A stretch of 63,833 bases of DNA, filler included, from Sphacelaria rigidula (GCA_964200075.2; 10 parts of 10 records of this genome joined end to end with filler, not necessarily neighbours in it); one strand, 5' to 3'; numbered from the whole stretch's first letter, positions 11,911 to 25,476 are shown. Numbers and translations are program-made. The notes: a model not told the origin generated them from the sequence alone.

Positions 11911-14900
11911 ACTCGCTTGCTTCCGTTTTTTCCGGACAACCCGAGGACCGATCATCACTCATCACTGAAGTGATGGACCAGTGGGGCGCGAGACATGGTG
12001 GAAGCCTGGTGAAACAACGGTAGAATATGGTAATATCGTGACTATTACATATCGTACTAACCCCTTTGAGACCGCACTCCCCAAAATGGTATGTTTGGGG
12101 CACCTTTCGCCACCATCGTGCGTTGCTGGTTCGCCAGCATCTTTACTAGTAGAAGGGGGGTCGCTCATCGGTCGGCACCAAACGGTACTGCTATTAAATG
12201 TGAATTAAATGTACTACTCGAGAGATACTACCCGTCGCTTTAGTGTGGGGGGGTGGGGGGTTTACTCATCATCATGCGTGCCGTAGTCATCAGACCATTG
12301 ACCTCGCATCCCTACAAAGCCGGTACGGATCACGCCGTGTTTTTGCCGTACCAGGCTCGCACTCAATCACCAAGCGCCAAGCGCCGTGTTGTTTTCGGCG
12401 AGTCGCATGAAGGGTGAGCTACTTCCTGCTCAAGATTGTTCGGCCCGAAGCCTACTGATTATCTTGCATTTGGATGACAGCCAACAATGAGTTGCTTTAC
12501 TTTCTGGTATCGCAACTTCCTTCGAGAGACAGTCACGGCTTATTATACTCTGCCTCCTGGGTGTCTCACCATTTTAACATTACGTCGTACGATCATCCCC
12601 ATTGTGCGGAGTCAAGGTTCGACACTTTCTACAAAAGCCTCCCCCCAAAAAGTGCATGGTTTTGGGAGGCAAAATCTTCACGTAAATCNNNNNNNNNNNN
12701 NNNNNNNNNNNNNNNNNNNNNNNNNNNNNNNNTTAATTAATTAANNNNNNNNNNNNNNNNNNNNNNNNNNNNNNNNNNNNNNNNNNNNCATCCTGCTAAG
12801 ATTGTTCGGCCCAAAGCCTACTGATTATCTTGCATTTGGATGACAGCCTCCAATGAGTTGCTTTATTTTCTGGTGGTGCCACTTGCTGAGACAGCCACAG
12901 CTGATACACTGCCTCACAGGTGCCTCACCATGTAAAAACTACGTGGAACGATCATCCGCATTGTGCGGAGTTGAGGTTCTCCCACGCCGCACAAAATGAT
13001 TTAGCTCGACTACCATCATGGTTACCGCAAAGAAAAACGCAAGCGCGCAAAAAAGAAAGCGATAATCTGGTTGCCTAGCTCACGTCGTGAGTGGCGTGTT
13101 TTATAGCGTCATCGCCAACCGACGCCAACCGCATCGGGAGTCCGTGGGGGGGGTGGGGGTACATAGGATTTCGGAGTTTTTTTTGGTCAGGCACTCCTGT
13201 GTCATCCAAGATTCTAGCTCCTCAATGTGAGGGGTCACATTTTCAACAATTTTCCACATTTTTCAAGGAAAAACAAGCCAAATGCCGCAATTTTTCTCGC
13301 CTCCGGCAGCGCTCCCGCGGGGCCCCGTCAGCAGCCGGGGGGGGGCCCTCGCCACTCGCCGCCGATTATTTTCTGGTTAATCGGCGAAGCGAAAACAATC
13401 GATGTACTGGCCGCTGGCGCCACCAGTTTAAACTCAACTGGCCAGAGCAGCCAGTTCACAGCCCTACAAATAGAAGATGGACCATACGGTTGACGTCGGC
13501 TCGTTGCAGTTGACGTACGAAAGGGACGATGGAAGAAAAATCCAGCAACAATCACTCCATTCTTCCGAGACCCTCCAACGCCCACACTCGAGTGCACAAT
13601 ATATCCATTCCCGCTCTGTCTCGAGTACGTCTATCATGTGACCACGGCTGGATCCCTGGGGGGTCAGTTGAAGTGCGACAGTCAATCCATCAATCCCAAG
13701 TGCACTTTTGAGGACCACGTACCCGGTCATCACAATAGTTTCTCCTTCTGATTTACTATCCTGGAATGGATGATGGACTGCCAGGTGAACCTTCAACACC
13801 ACCACCCAGTTGTTCAGCGGTCGAGACCAACCCCTATGGGAGCCGCCCAGACCTACAGAAGTTACCTTACCTACGGTGATTCGTAGATCGGAATAGATCG
13901 CACAGAAAGCTCTTGCTCGAGGAGATGACACTGAATGATACGCGCAGAATTATGGCCGTTCCGTCAGGACAAGAGACGGTGGTATTTCACATATTTTCGT
14001 GTAAACTGCAGCTTTGCTTCTACACACAGAAGAAAAAGAAGTGTTTCAGCCGGCAGGGCATCACATGATGAGCACCGGGCTGGCGCCTGAACACCGTGTA
14101 ACTGGGCGCGGTTGGGTGTGATTGACAGGAAGCCGCTCGACCGTCTAGTACTGACGGAGCAACAGCAACTTGGGCAACTCTGTGAAGTTAGTTTGGATTG
14201 CACGAGCAGCAGTTCGGGGCTTTCGTGTCCGTCTGCACGGAATTGATTCGAAGAAAAGGCACTAGTATTCTCAAGGCCTTCAGGCCGTCGGACTGCTCTA
14301 TGCCTGTGGTAGTCACCGGAAGGCACACGCCGCTAATTCGGCCTTGTATTCAAACCAACCGTCACCAACCATCAAAGCTCCATTTCGTGACATCGGGTGG
14401 CCGTGGATTCGCCTTGAATGAGATTCGCATTTCGAAGGGATTGCCCGAAGACCGTGAGCAGTTATGACATCAAGACGCCCGAAATTGAGTTGATTTCGTC
14501 TCTACAAGAGTTCATATGAGCCACTTCTGCACCAGACTTTGGTCTCGAATGGCGCGTGCCTGCCCAACGAGTGACTCAGGCTCAGTGTACATACCGTGTG
14601 TAGCAACGAGCGATGGTTGAATAGCGAACGACGACTTACCAGACAAGTCAAAGCTGCAGCGTATTCATTGTCTTGCCCCCGCCGCACAAAACAAAATTGC
14701 ACAACACGACCACCCCATTTTGACAACACCCCCACCTGAGATAAGCTGCGCTTGAGAGAGTCATCGTCATGGCGAGCTTAGCCGTTCCGGTGACAACCAC
14801 CCCAACCCCAACATTTCGTGCTGCATGCGTTGCTCACAGCAACCTACAAGGCATTAAAGATGTGCTTCATCTCCCGACGCAGATTTGCCCGAGGCGAATG

Positions 14901-14929
14901 CGATCGTGGAAAACACACCAAGAACACAC

Positions 14930-17900
14930 CTGCAGACGAAACAGCTTCCCGATCCGCGTATACGCATCAGCTACGTCTATCGTCTCGGCCTCGCCCAACT
15001 TTCCCAGGCTGTCTCCATACGTCACCGCCTCAAGCCGCGTATCGTTGGACAGCTCCTCCAGTGATCGCCACAAACGGATCGGGGTGTACAAGTCCTTTTC
15101 TTCATAAAAGTCCTTGACCACGGACAGCCTGCCCAAGTACTGCGTTTGGGACTTCACAACACCGTCGACCAAGTCCTTGACCACGGACAGCCTGCCCAAG
15201 TACTGCGTTTGGGACTTCACAACACCGTCGACCAACTCGTGCCCGCCCCCGCTTTCATACTCGTTTTTGATGAAGTCAAACAGCTGGCCGTGTAGGCGGA
15301 AGCGATTTCCCACCTCATGCAATACTGCATTGCACGCTAGGTACTCAGCTTCTTTTCTGGCACCGCTGTGATCCTGCAATGTATACAGTGACGTTAAACA
15401 AGCCAGCGTTACACGCGCGCGATCCTACATTTCGACGGGCCTAACTGAAAGCGAGGTCTCATCACAGAGTAGTCGATGGAATGCTGGATTCCGAATTTTG
15501 CGACACGTCTCTCAGTCTACGTGGCAAGAGGTTCGTACCGTACCGACGTTGAGGCCATGTCCCTTAACCGACGCACGGCGAGTCCGGAACACGAAAGAGC
15601 GAGAGGTGGCAAACTGAACACAACTAGCTTCGGCATTACACTCAACACAAAACTCTTGGGTCGCCGTGAAACTAATGCGTTTCTTATGGCGTTCTCCATT
15701 CCGCAACCGCAGACGCTTGATACTGAAATCGGCTTGATTTTGGCACGGCCGTGAAGTGAACTTGCTGCTGACATCAAGCGCAGATCAAATTATAGCTATC
15801 AGTATACGAAACGAAACGCGAGCGCTGGATATCTTGAACTGCGTATGAGCTCATGGCATGAGAGAATCAAGCTATGCTGACCATCGGGTATACCAGTGCA
15901 AGCACCCGATACACAAAGGGGGGCAAACGGCTCCGTAAAGTTCCACCATTTTTCTCATAACCGTCGCTGGGCAATGCGTACATATCAAGTCATGCAGCCG
16001 ATGGAATTGCGCTTTTAATTGAACCGTACCTTCTTTCCCCAAAGTGCCATCAGCATCCCAGTTGATGCCACAACACCACCCCTGAGCACAACAAGGCTCA
16101 GAAAACTGTTTCGCGCGTCGTGACCAAACGATTCCAGGCGTATGGACAGAGCAGCGAACAACGAAATCTCGGACGGGTCGCTGGCAGTGCCGGTGCCTGT
16201 CTGCGTGCCTGAGCAAATTGCTTTCTTCTTCTCCTTGATCTGGAGGTGCAGCTTATCCCAGTATTGGGCAGAGTTTGGGCTTTCGGTAACACACGGGGGT
16301 GACCCCGCAATAGCTAAGGCCATCGCTAGCCGCCCGCATTCGTCGGCAACCTACGATAGACACATCACGCAGGAGCGGGCCGACGCAGGTGGATAACACG
16401 GAAAGACGAGTCCGGCGCAAATCAGTACTGCGTACAACCAATCGGCTGCCAAGACAACAACCTCGCTCGCAGTCCCACTTCAACAGCGACGCGTTTCATT
16501 TTGTGAATCGAGACATTATTGCGTCAATCAAGGAATTGACAATGACACGAACCATTGATGGGGTCATAGAGTCATGTTCTCTGCTGACATATAGTGACGC
16601 CTACTTGAAGCATCTCACAAACGCCTGCATCATGGACTCCTGGCTATCATACCTGATCAGCCTCTCTCTCCGGAAGTGCCCCCGCGCTGCTCCTCTTCTT
16701 CAGCAGCTCCCGCGCCTCCATTTGGCTCATGCTGCCCACCTCCATGTACCCCCCGGCCGCGGCAAGTACTGCGCGGTCACGCGTGGTCACGAGTAGCCGA
16801 AGTCCCGTAGGAGCCAGCTTGTCCACAACGTCTCGCTTCCACACATCGTCCACCACAACCAGACGAGGCAGGTCACTCTCTGCAACGGCCGCAGTCAAGC
16901 TTTGAATCACCCCTTCCGCATCGTCGAGGTTTCGTGGGCCCATGGGATCCACGATTACCTTGGCGGCTAGCCCCTCAAGGAGCGCTAGAAGTTGAGTCTC
17001 ATCGTCTCGTCCTACGCTAAGCCAGAAGATTCCTCCTCGGAAGTGCCTCCTGATGTCCGGATTGCGAACGACCGAAGATGCCAGGACTGTCTTACCCGCC
17101 CCCCCCGTACCGAATAGTACGTATGGATCACTGACAGGACCAGCCCCTGTGAGTTCAGAAACGATCTCGGACACAAGAGCAGTGCGCTCCACGTAGCTTG
17201 ACGGTTGCGTAGGCGCTTCAGGCGGATCCGTCGCCATATCTTCGGGCACGGCAAGATCCATCTTGGCACGTATTATTCTTAAATTCGCAGCTGCGTCAAG
17301 CATGGCAGCACTCGTAACGATCTTCAAGATTTCCTCGAGCTTTCTCTTGTGCGTCTTCATCTTGCTCCTGTCTCTGGCGTGCGAGCACAACCTTCGACAA
17401 CAAGGCAAGCAGCAGCCCACCTTACCGTCGAACTGTCTGGCAAACTTGGCAATTTTGTCAATCTCGTCTATCACCTGCTTCACAGCCATCTGGATTTGTG
17501 GGGGCAGCTCCGGCATTCGGGCATTTTCCAATATGATACTCGTGATCGACACGCAGTAGCTCAGGAGATCTATCAGTTCCTGCCGAGCAGCGGTAGCTCC
17601 TTCGACGGCGTCGAACAGGGCGCTGAGACCAACACAAACGGGCGTCACGACGCTCACATTAGCCGCATCTAACAACAGCTCAAACCCAGCGATTACCTCC
17701 TTAGTGAGAGTTTCTCCAGCCGTAGCCTCAGCCTCCTCCGCCCCAATAAGTAACGTTTGGTACCACGGCGTGTTTCTTTCGATGGCCTCCCTCGTTTTTT
17801 CCAGCGCCTATTGAACGACAAAATTGCACGCGCCATGCAGCACGCAGGGTAGCAGGTGCGACACGGCTTTCTTCGCTCCGATGGCTACAAATCGGTAGCA

Positions 17901-18280
17901 CGACGCTGACCTCATATACAGGGTATCAGCCTGGAGCAAGCGCCCAACCGAAACGTGGCCCCCGTGTGCACACCATGCCCCCGTGGTTTACACCGTGGTG
18001 CTGGAAGACTTGTTCGGGATTTCACTCTCTCGTCCGTACGTGCTGCAAAGTCCAAGCTCTTCCGGAGCTTGATTAGACACGATTCCACATTTCTTCGCTG
18101 ACACCACCGGAAAGAATATTTTCGGCACGACCAAGGGTATTCTCGTCCTCTTTTGCCTCAGTTATCTTCGCGCATATCACTTACCAGCACGCACCAACGC
18201 AGCAAACATCACACGGGGTTGTCGTTCTGAACTGTATATCTTACCTGGGCCTGGTTGGCCATAGCAATCGGGGATGCCAT
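14930..18280 (-). CDS. NB-ARC (STAND/NLR-type) protein with N-terminal helical domain; 3' part (probably TPR exons) not seen
   Basis: Exons are 18280-18245 (MASPIAMANQAQ), 17807-16653, 16350-16030 and 15373-14930, all with phase-0 GT-AG junctions. Motifs: Walker A GTGGAGKT, Walker B LVVVDDVW, RNBS-B LLVTTRD, GLPL-equivalent CGRLAMAL, MHD-equivalent FRLHG. Confidence 0.9.
15108..15233. repeat. Perfect 63-bp tandem duplication inside NB-ARC exon 4
   Basis: 15108-15170 is identical to 15171-15233 and encodes LVDGVVKSQTQYLGRLSVVKD twice. Confidence 0.95.
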
Positions 18281-20819
18281 CGCAGCTCCCTGAAAAATAG
18301 TCGGGGCAGGCGGTGGTCGCGTCCAACGAAAAGCAGACAGAGGTGGCGCGAGCCGAAGGTCCGTTAGTATGATGTCTAATGGCAGTGTGCTGCTACCGCG
18401 TTTGACGTACTTGGGGTTGTCCCACCTTTGTCCCTTAGATGCCCGAGTTGAAAATAAGATGGAAATCAACGGGCTGCAGGAGGGCGGGTCCAGCTCTCGA
18501 TAAGAAAGTGCAATGCAAGCACCGGGAGCTGGATACTTTCATCTCTTTAGAACAATAAACTTGTGCTGAACAAAAAAACGGATGAAGGTGGGAATAACAC
18601 ACATTAACGTAGGGTCATACCATGACGTCACGGATGATGCTTGCTAAGCTGTAGCATGTTCATCAACTGTGTTACCAGTTAAAAGGCTGAAGGCTGCGCC
18701 TACTTTTGAATATACTTACTGAAAAAGTGCAAAACAGGCAAGTCCATGATTTGTTCCTCCGCGGTTAAATGCGGCAGTATGAATGAGAGTAGTCAACACG
18801 ATTCGAATATGTGTACATGCAGCTCCTAAACAACACACGCCACGTAACACACTCTGCAGACAGTACTGTTCACGACGTGTTTACGATGACCAATTAAGTC
18901 AGGGTACGACCGCAAAAATATTATCGTCTTGTTTTTGTTATTGTCGGATTATACTGTCTGTACTAGTGTTTGTACCTCGCTCCTGTAAAAACCGTGGCTG
19001 GGAGCTCATGCTCAAAAATTGTAAGGTTCTCAAAGAGCTTTCACGCGCCCCCACCCCCCCCCCTCTCCCCCACCCCCCCCCCNNNNNNNNNNNNNNNNNN
19101 NNNNNNNNNNNNNNNNNNNNNNNNNNTTAATTAATTAANNNNNNNNNNNNNNNNNNNNNNNNNNNNNNNNNNNNNNNNNNNNAGGCGGTGCACGCATGTG
19201 AGAAATGTGTTGTTTTATTCATCTGATTTTGACGCGGGGGAGGGGGGGGGGTACTCATTTGTTGCTTGCCTTAGTCGTGTGACCATTGACCACGCATCCT
19301 GATTTTGACGGGGGGGGGTTCTTGTTTTTGTTCCCAGGAAATTAACACGCAGAAACCCTTCCCGTGTACTTCGCTATCTCTAGTTCCATGTAGCACGTTT
19401 GACCATCGAGGTTACTGTTTTTGTGCTTCGCGCCTCCACCCTCTCAGTATTTGCCATCAAGCACACGCGGCACGATGTCCGTTCGGTGTATAGATGGGCA
19501 CCAAGCAGGGTGCACGGTCCCCCTGTCGAGGTAACCTCGGAGTGTCGGCGATGTTGAAGCTTCAATGCGTTTTGTGTTCCACGTTTTTGCTGTATGAGCT
19601 AAGTATTACGCACTGACAGGGAAGAGTTTTGGATGATTTCTGCAGGAGCATTTATCAGGGTAAGAACACATGCCAAGAGTTATCAGTGACACAAATGAAC
19701 TCAAAGTGACTAGTGTCGCAATGGGTTGGCAAGTTGCATCCGAGACTGGATGTTCCTGCTGCCGTACTCGCTCCTAGGGCGTCGTGGCTGAACGCTCTGG
19801 AGACCGGACCTCGGAACGGCAAAACTGAGCTTTGGATACGAAGACACTAGTATAATGAGGGCATAGTCGAATAGTAACAGACCCGGCCCTGTCCACCCCG
19901 CCAAATATGTTGGATTTGGGTGTCCTTGGGTGCACGTCGGAATAAGGAGTACTGGTTTCGAAATTGAGGTATTTTTCCGCCCATTCATTCGTACTCAGCA
20001 CTGGACCCCGTACGGAGTCCATCGAACAATAAGCCTACTCTGCAAGTATAAGAACAATACTTACTCCTATGTGTACATGGATTGTACGCCCATTGGTCCC
20101 TGAACGGTTAAGGCAGACCACGTGCTTCTCTAAGGACGCGAGGCACACGAATGAAGAGCGGCACTTGGTCGGATTTCGTGTCTTCATCCATAGGATACTT
20201 ATCCAAGCACGGTAGTGAGGGTGGAGTAGAGCACGGGTACGGGTACATGGGGGCATGTACCCTGCAGTACTCAGTATTTTCCGACAACGGATACACCGGG
20301 TGCCCTGGGATACTCATTTCGCAGTCGATGTATTGAGTTCCAGACGCGCTCTACGTTTTGTGTGCATACGCGGCCTGGCGATTGAAAGCGGTGAAGATAT
20401 GCGAGATACACTGATTTTCATCATTGAGTTTGCTTCGATTGCGTTGCGTTTGTTCTTCGTGAAATGCAGAGAAGCCTTGCGAGTGCGGGAAGATATATTT
20501 TCATTTTGCCGAGAGAGTAATCTGCATGTCTTGTGCTTTAATAAGGCTGATGCAACCGATTTTTCCTAAATCCTGCTTTTGAAAGGTGACGACAGAGAAA
20601 AATGCGGAGTGCAAGGTGATTACAAGCGAAAACAAAAAGTCTTACTGCATTGACCAATACTGTTTCTTTCGAGGTGTTACTTTTTTTTTAAAGTGATTTC
20701 GGGAGAAGTACCTAATTGCTGAAGATGTGTAGTTTTTGTCACGTCATCATTCAAGGAGTTTAATGCAAACGGTCAAGCGTTTTTGTCTTGCGTCTGCGGT
20801 TCGCATGTTCATGCTTCAG

Positions 20820-23275
20820 GTGTTTGTGGAAGGGCTTCCGGACGTGTTCGCGCCGTTTGGATCTCTCTGTCTCGTCAAGGCCGAGTTGCTGTGTACGCCG
20901 GCGGACAGGTGAAGGATACGCTCACCCTTTCCCGTAGCCCTACAGGAAAGCCTCAACGTGATTCCTAGCCCCCGAAACGCCTTCGTATCTTTTTTACCTG
21001 CATTTTTTTGCCGTTGTTTTTGTCAACCCGCTCATTTCCCGGTGAGTCCGTGATCACAAGGTATCAAGCAATATCTTGTCCCCCGGTACTTGTACAGACA
21101 GTCCTGACCATTCAGTATGGGGCATGGGAGCCGCACGCTCGCCACTTCGTAGACTTTCATTTTTTTTTTTGCTTCTTTCGAGCCCACGTTTCCGACGGTC
21201 ACCATTTTCTGTACTCCCTCTGTCCCGTAAGTCAGGGTCTTTGGGTTTATAAGTAGCGTTCGTGCGTGCACGACCCTAATGTCGGTATGGTTGAAAGGTT
21301 AAACGTGGAACACGTACGTCCTTCTCGAGGCCATGGGCTGGGTGCGGTGAATCACTTGATGTACACATGCCTATTATCAGATATTTTTTGCAACAACACA
21401 CGCGGCCGTGAAAAATGTTGGAGACCGTGCATCTGTGAGGTATGGCGGTACTCTACTCGGAGCATCTTCGGTGGGGTTCATGTGTTTCATGATACCGCAC
21501 CACGGGAACAAGTGGGCATTTTCGCTCTCCCGTAACGCGGTTTGACTTTTTCGTCCGTGATGTGTGTGGTACGTGTTAATCCTGGAAGATGACCGACACG
21601 TGCGATCTAACCGAGCAACCCCTGATCGTAGGAAGCGTGATATTTGTCGTGCACTGTTTGGTGATTGATTATTGCTGTTGACGTTCTGTTGGTGGAGTTG
21701 TTATGATGATTTGTTTTGCGTTTTTCTCGGAATATTTCATGTGCTTCGTCTTTGGTTTGGCTTTTGTTGCCGGCCCTTCTAGTCCGGACCTTCTCCTGTT
21801 GACCGCCCGGGTGGGATCATGTGGGCTCTGCACTCATTCTTCAAGTGAAAATGGTGTCGCTGCAACAGATTATCACCTTGGCGGTCAAAGGGTCGTGAGA
21901 TCTCTGACGCAGCAGAATTCGCACACTAAATTCAAATCGCGAACACTTGCACGGGACTGATCCTGTGATAGGGCGAGGGATTTGGAAGTGTATGGAAAAA
22001 TGGGTTCATGGGTGTCTTATTCTACACAGCCTCGAAGAGTCCTCATGACCTAAAAATCGGTGAGATGGTTGTCAAATAGTGTGAATGCGCGCGCTTGCCG
22101 CTCTGCGACGATGCTTTAAAGATCCCTCTCTCCACGGTGGGATCAGTCATCGGCAATCTCAGACTCGAAATGATCAGTCGACAGCAACGGTTTTCTTTAT
22201 GCCATTTTGTATTATCTGTATGCTTCGAAGGATTCCCGACGGGGATCTGCCAGGAGACGCCCGTCTGTCGGTGGTGGAGGTGCTGCTGTACGGCTGGGTC
22301 ACCAGCGCCGTGAGACTCATGGGAGCTAGGCATCGCTGGCTTGTGCACGGTAGGATATGTAATTACCGTTATCGATTTCGTTGAGCGAGTATTTCACGAT
22401 TTTTCTTGAGTAAAACATTAATCTTGTGAGCGCAGGTGCGGTGCTTGCTTCGAGGTGGCTGTTACGCCGACTCCGCAATACTCGAAAGGCCAACTTGTAA
22501 TGATAGTATAACAAAAACAAGTGAAAAGTGACTGACCCACTTGTGTCGGTAGTCGTGCTGTGCTCAGTACTGTTTTTTTGTCATACTTGTACCCCCCTTC
22601 CTTTCTCGGAGATGACTTCGTCGCTTCAAGGGATCAACCCATCTCTCCTGCCTACAGTACAAGCCTCACGTTGTGGTTTCGTAGATCGGAGCATGACCAG
22701 TACTCCTTGTCAACTTGTTTCCTTCGCTCTTCACGTCCTTCATGTTTCAGCAAGGACGGGAATCGACAACTTTCCAGAAAAAAAACTGGTGCTGAACCCA
22801 TACATGCCGCGATCCGAACCCGCAATCTTCCACCCTATCCTGTTCCAGCTGGCTTAGTTAGACTAGTTGAGGACATCGGAGCGCGACGGCTGCGTGTACC
22901 GATGTCTTGCGTGTTCACCCTTGTCAGCGTTCCCGCGTTATGTGCGTCTTGTCAGGCATTGCTGGGTACCTTCTCACGATTTTCGCCGGCGAGCTGCGTG
23001 GCGAGGAAGAGAAACAGCACCGCCTGTGGCGAGCGCTGCAGAGAGTGGTGGCATTGGACTGTGAACTAGGCTGCCCGTCCATCTCCCCGCCCGATCCGGA
23101 TTCATACCTCCCCGACGCGATCGATCCTGCCACGGCCGCGTACAGCAGACTGAAGGCCTCTCTAATCCTTCACATGATCGAAGCCAAGCTGCAGCCCACC
23201 GACTTGCAGGACGCCCTGGGGCAGATGATGCTGCCTATTGCTGACCATGTCGTTGCTCAGGAAGAAGACCTGGAT
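20820..23275 (+). CDS. TAF2: TFIID subunit 2 (M1 aminopeptidase-like fold), internal exons; partial
   Basis: Exons 20820-20908, 22231-22349 and 22956-~23275 splice in phase. They read VFVEGLPD...SLCLVKAELL / ...LLYGWVTSAVRLMGARHRWLVHG / IAGYLLTIFAGELRGEEE...RLKASLILHMIEAKL, matching the TAF2 pattern (WLxxGIAGYL, KAxLVLxMIE). The 3' donor is uncertain. Confidence 0.75.
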
Positions 23276-25327
23276 GTCAGGCAAGCAACTGGGTGCTGCC
23301 GTAGCCGACATTCTTGGTCGAGTAGAGTCGTGCTCTTTTCAAGGCAATCCAATGGCAGACCGACTGATTTCATGGGTAGATTGTTTTGATTGGTTGGTTA
23401 CTTGTCGCACATTCACCTGCTGAATCGGTATCAGTGTCACTTGAAAAAGTATGCCTGATCTAGATGGACTACCCGCATCGCGATCTGAGGGTTATCTAAT
23501 CTAGTGGTAAATCAGCCGTGATCACAAGATGGATGTACCCAAGGTACTGTGCACGGAGGCCCTCAATATATATATATATACATATATGCAATGACGCTTC
23601 CCCTTTAACCCTTTGAGAATGGATGTCCTCAAAATCGCAGTGGCATTGGCACAGCAAAAGCAAGTAATATCCAGAGGATCGCTCACGACCAGGACGTTGA
23701 AGCCTTGCTAAGTGCCCCTCTGCGTAAACGTTTGTGCCGAGATACTTGGGCTTAGGCATCTGCGACAATGTTTTTCTCCATAGTAATTTTCAGTTTTTTC
23801 TTCTCCGTTGAACACTGATGACCAACCTTCGAACTTGATTGAAATCTGTGGAAGAGCTTTATTTAGACCTCCGAGGGTTGAGGCGTCTGCCTCGTTGGGT
23901 TTGGTTTGAAGGCGCGTCCATGAGGTGTGTCCGTGTACATCACGTGCGTTCGTCCGCGTTCTGTGTCGCCTCAGCAGGATGAAATAGCCTTAGCCCACCC
24001 GACCTTCCAATATAGATATTTACGGCTGTATATCCTCGATTGCGTCGGTATGATTCGTAGTGCACGATGCTCGATGCTCGATGTATTGCTGTAAAGGACT
24101 CGGCACGGTTCAGTATCGATGTTGAGTGACCAGGTGTGAAATTTCGATCGGTAGCTCATTTTCCTACTGTGACTACTGCTGATACTTTCTCGAGACCTTC
24201 AAACAGTCGCCTGTTGCTCCGAGTGGTTTTTTTCTGGCGCCCTATCAGTACTCGAGTACCTGTCGACCCCCGCCTACAATTTTCTTGATGGGCCTTCAAG
24301 TGGCCATGAGTGCATCATTCAACACCGTTCGAACGGTGTTGATTTCGATCGGATGAGCAAGTATCTCCGTCTCTCTCTCTCTCGTTCTCTCAGCTGAGTA
24401 GGTGTCGAAAAAATGTGCTCTGCTGCTATATCTACCATATTTCACGTACATGCATTCTTTCATTCACCCCATTGCTTGAGGAGTTGAATAGAAGTCTGAA
24501 CGACCATGATTGGACAATATTTTGTGGGGAGTCGGCAGCTTCAATTAGGGAAAATGCACGTACAGACGTGTGTCGCTACACGTCACACCCATTAACCCCC
24601 TTGTCCTGGGTAACAGTTCACCGCCCCTTATCGTGAGATGCCCCTAGAGAAAGACCATAATCAAGGTCGAGGAAGTGTACTCCACTAGCTTTCTGTTGCA
24701 CCGATCTTGAAAGCACCTGCGAGTGCTTTTCGTAGTTTATACGGCATGGCTTTTATCCATCAGGGTCATGATGTCCTCTTCACCCTAAGGCCCACCCGCC
24801 CCCATCCCTATCGTGTCGTCTGCTATAGCTTTCTCCGTGTGTGTTTCTCATGTTTACAATGTGTAACAACAATGGATGGCGATTCAAAGGAGTCGTATCG
24901 ATTTGATTTGATTTGACCGTATGTCCCCTTCTAATCCCCATCATAGTTCGTTCCAGATTCTTTTGCTCTTGTCGTGTTTTTTACGCCTTACACCACACAG
25001 ATGATGACGTCTGTAATACACGGCGAATAAACGGCACCTCCCATTCCTCGGACAGAGCGTTGCGGAGCACGACCTTCCGATGCAGCCAGCGTTTTGTTTT
25101 CACTTTTCTATAAATGTGTGGCTGCGTAGTGTACCAACATGCTTTTGTTGCTTGTTTCTGGTGAGCTAATGTTCTCGAACTCCCGTCTTTGATGTCGCAT
25201 CATCGGAATTTTCTCTGTGATGACGAACCGTCATACCCCACCCTCCCGCATGATGATTCAGTAAGGACCCCTGCGGAACATCCTGTTTTGCAGAGCTGTG
25301 CATTTCTCGTTTGTATCGAGCAATGCC

Positions 25328-25476
25328 GGTCGCCCCGGTGGTTCAGTTGGTAACCTCGTAACCTTATGATGGTTGAGATGTGGGGTTCGATTCCCGGAGC
25401 GATCTGGGATTTTTTTCTTAAACCATGCTCAACAGCGGAGAGCGACAATGTCGTGAGTACAAAAAATGCGACTCAT
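25328..25476 (+). mobile_element. tRNA-derived SINE, second copy (truncated by contig end)
   Basis: GGTCGCCCCGGTGGTTCAGTTGGTAACCTCG...GGTTCGATTCCCGGAGCGATCTGGGATTTTTT...AGCGACAATGTCGTGAGTACAAAAAATGCGACTCA aligns by eye with 1197-1340. Confidence 0.75.

Noticed and set aside
12262..13145. Apparent tandem duplication across the gap
   Set aside because: Two unrelated contigs both break within the same high-copy repeat.
12789..14929. TPR exons of the NLR gene
   Set aside because: No convincing TPR-like exon was found on the minus strand. They may lie beyond the contig end.
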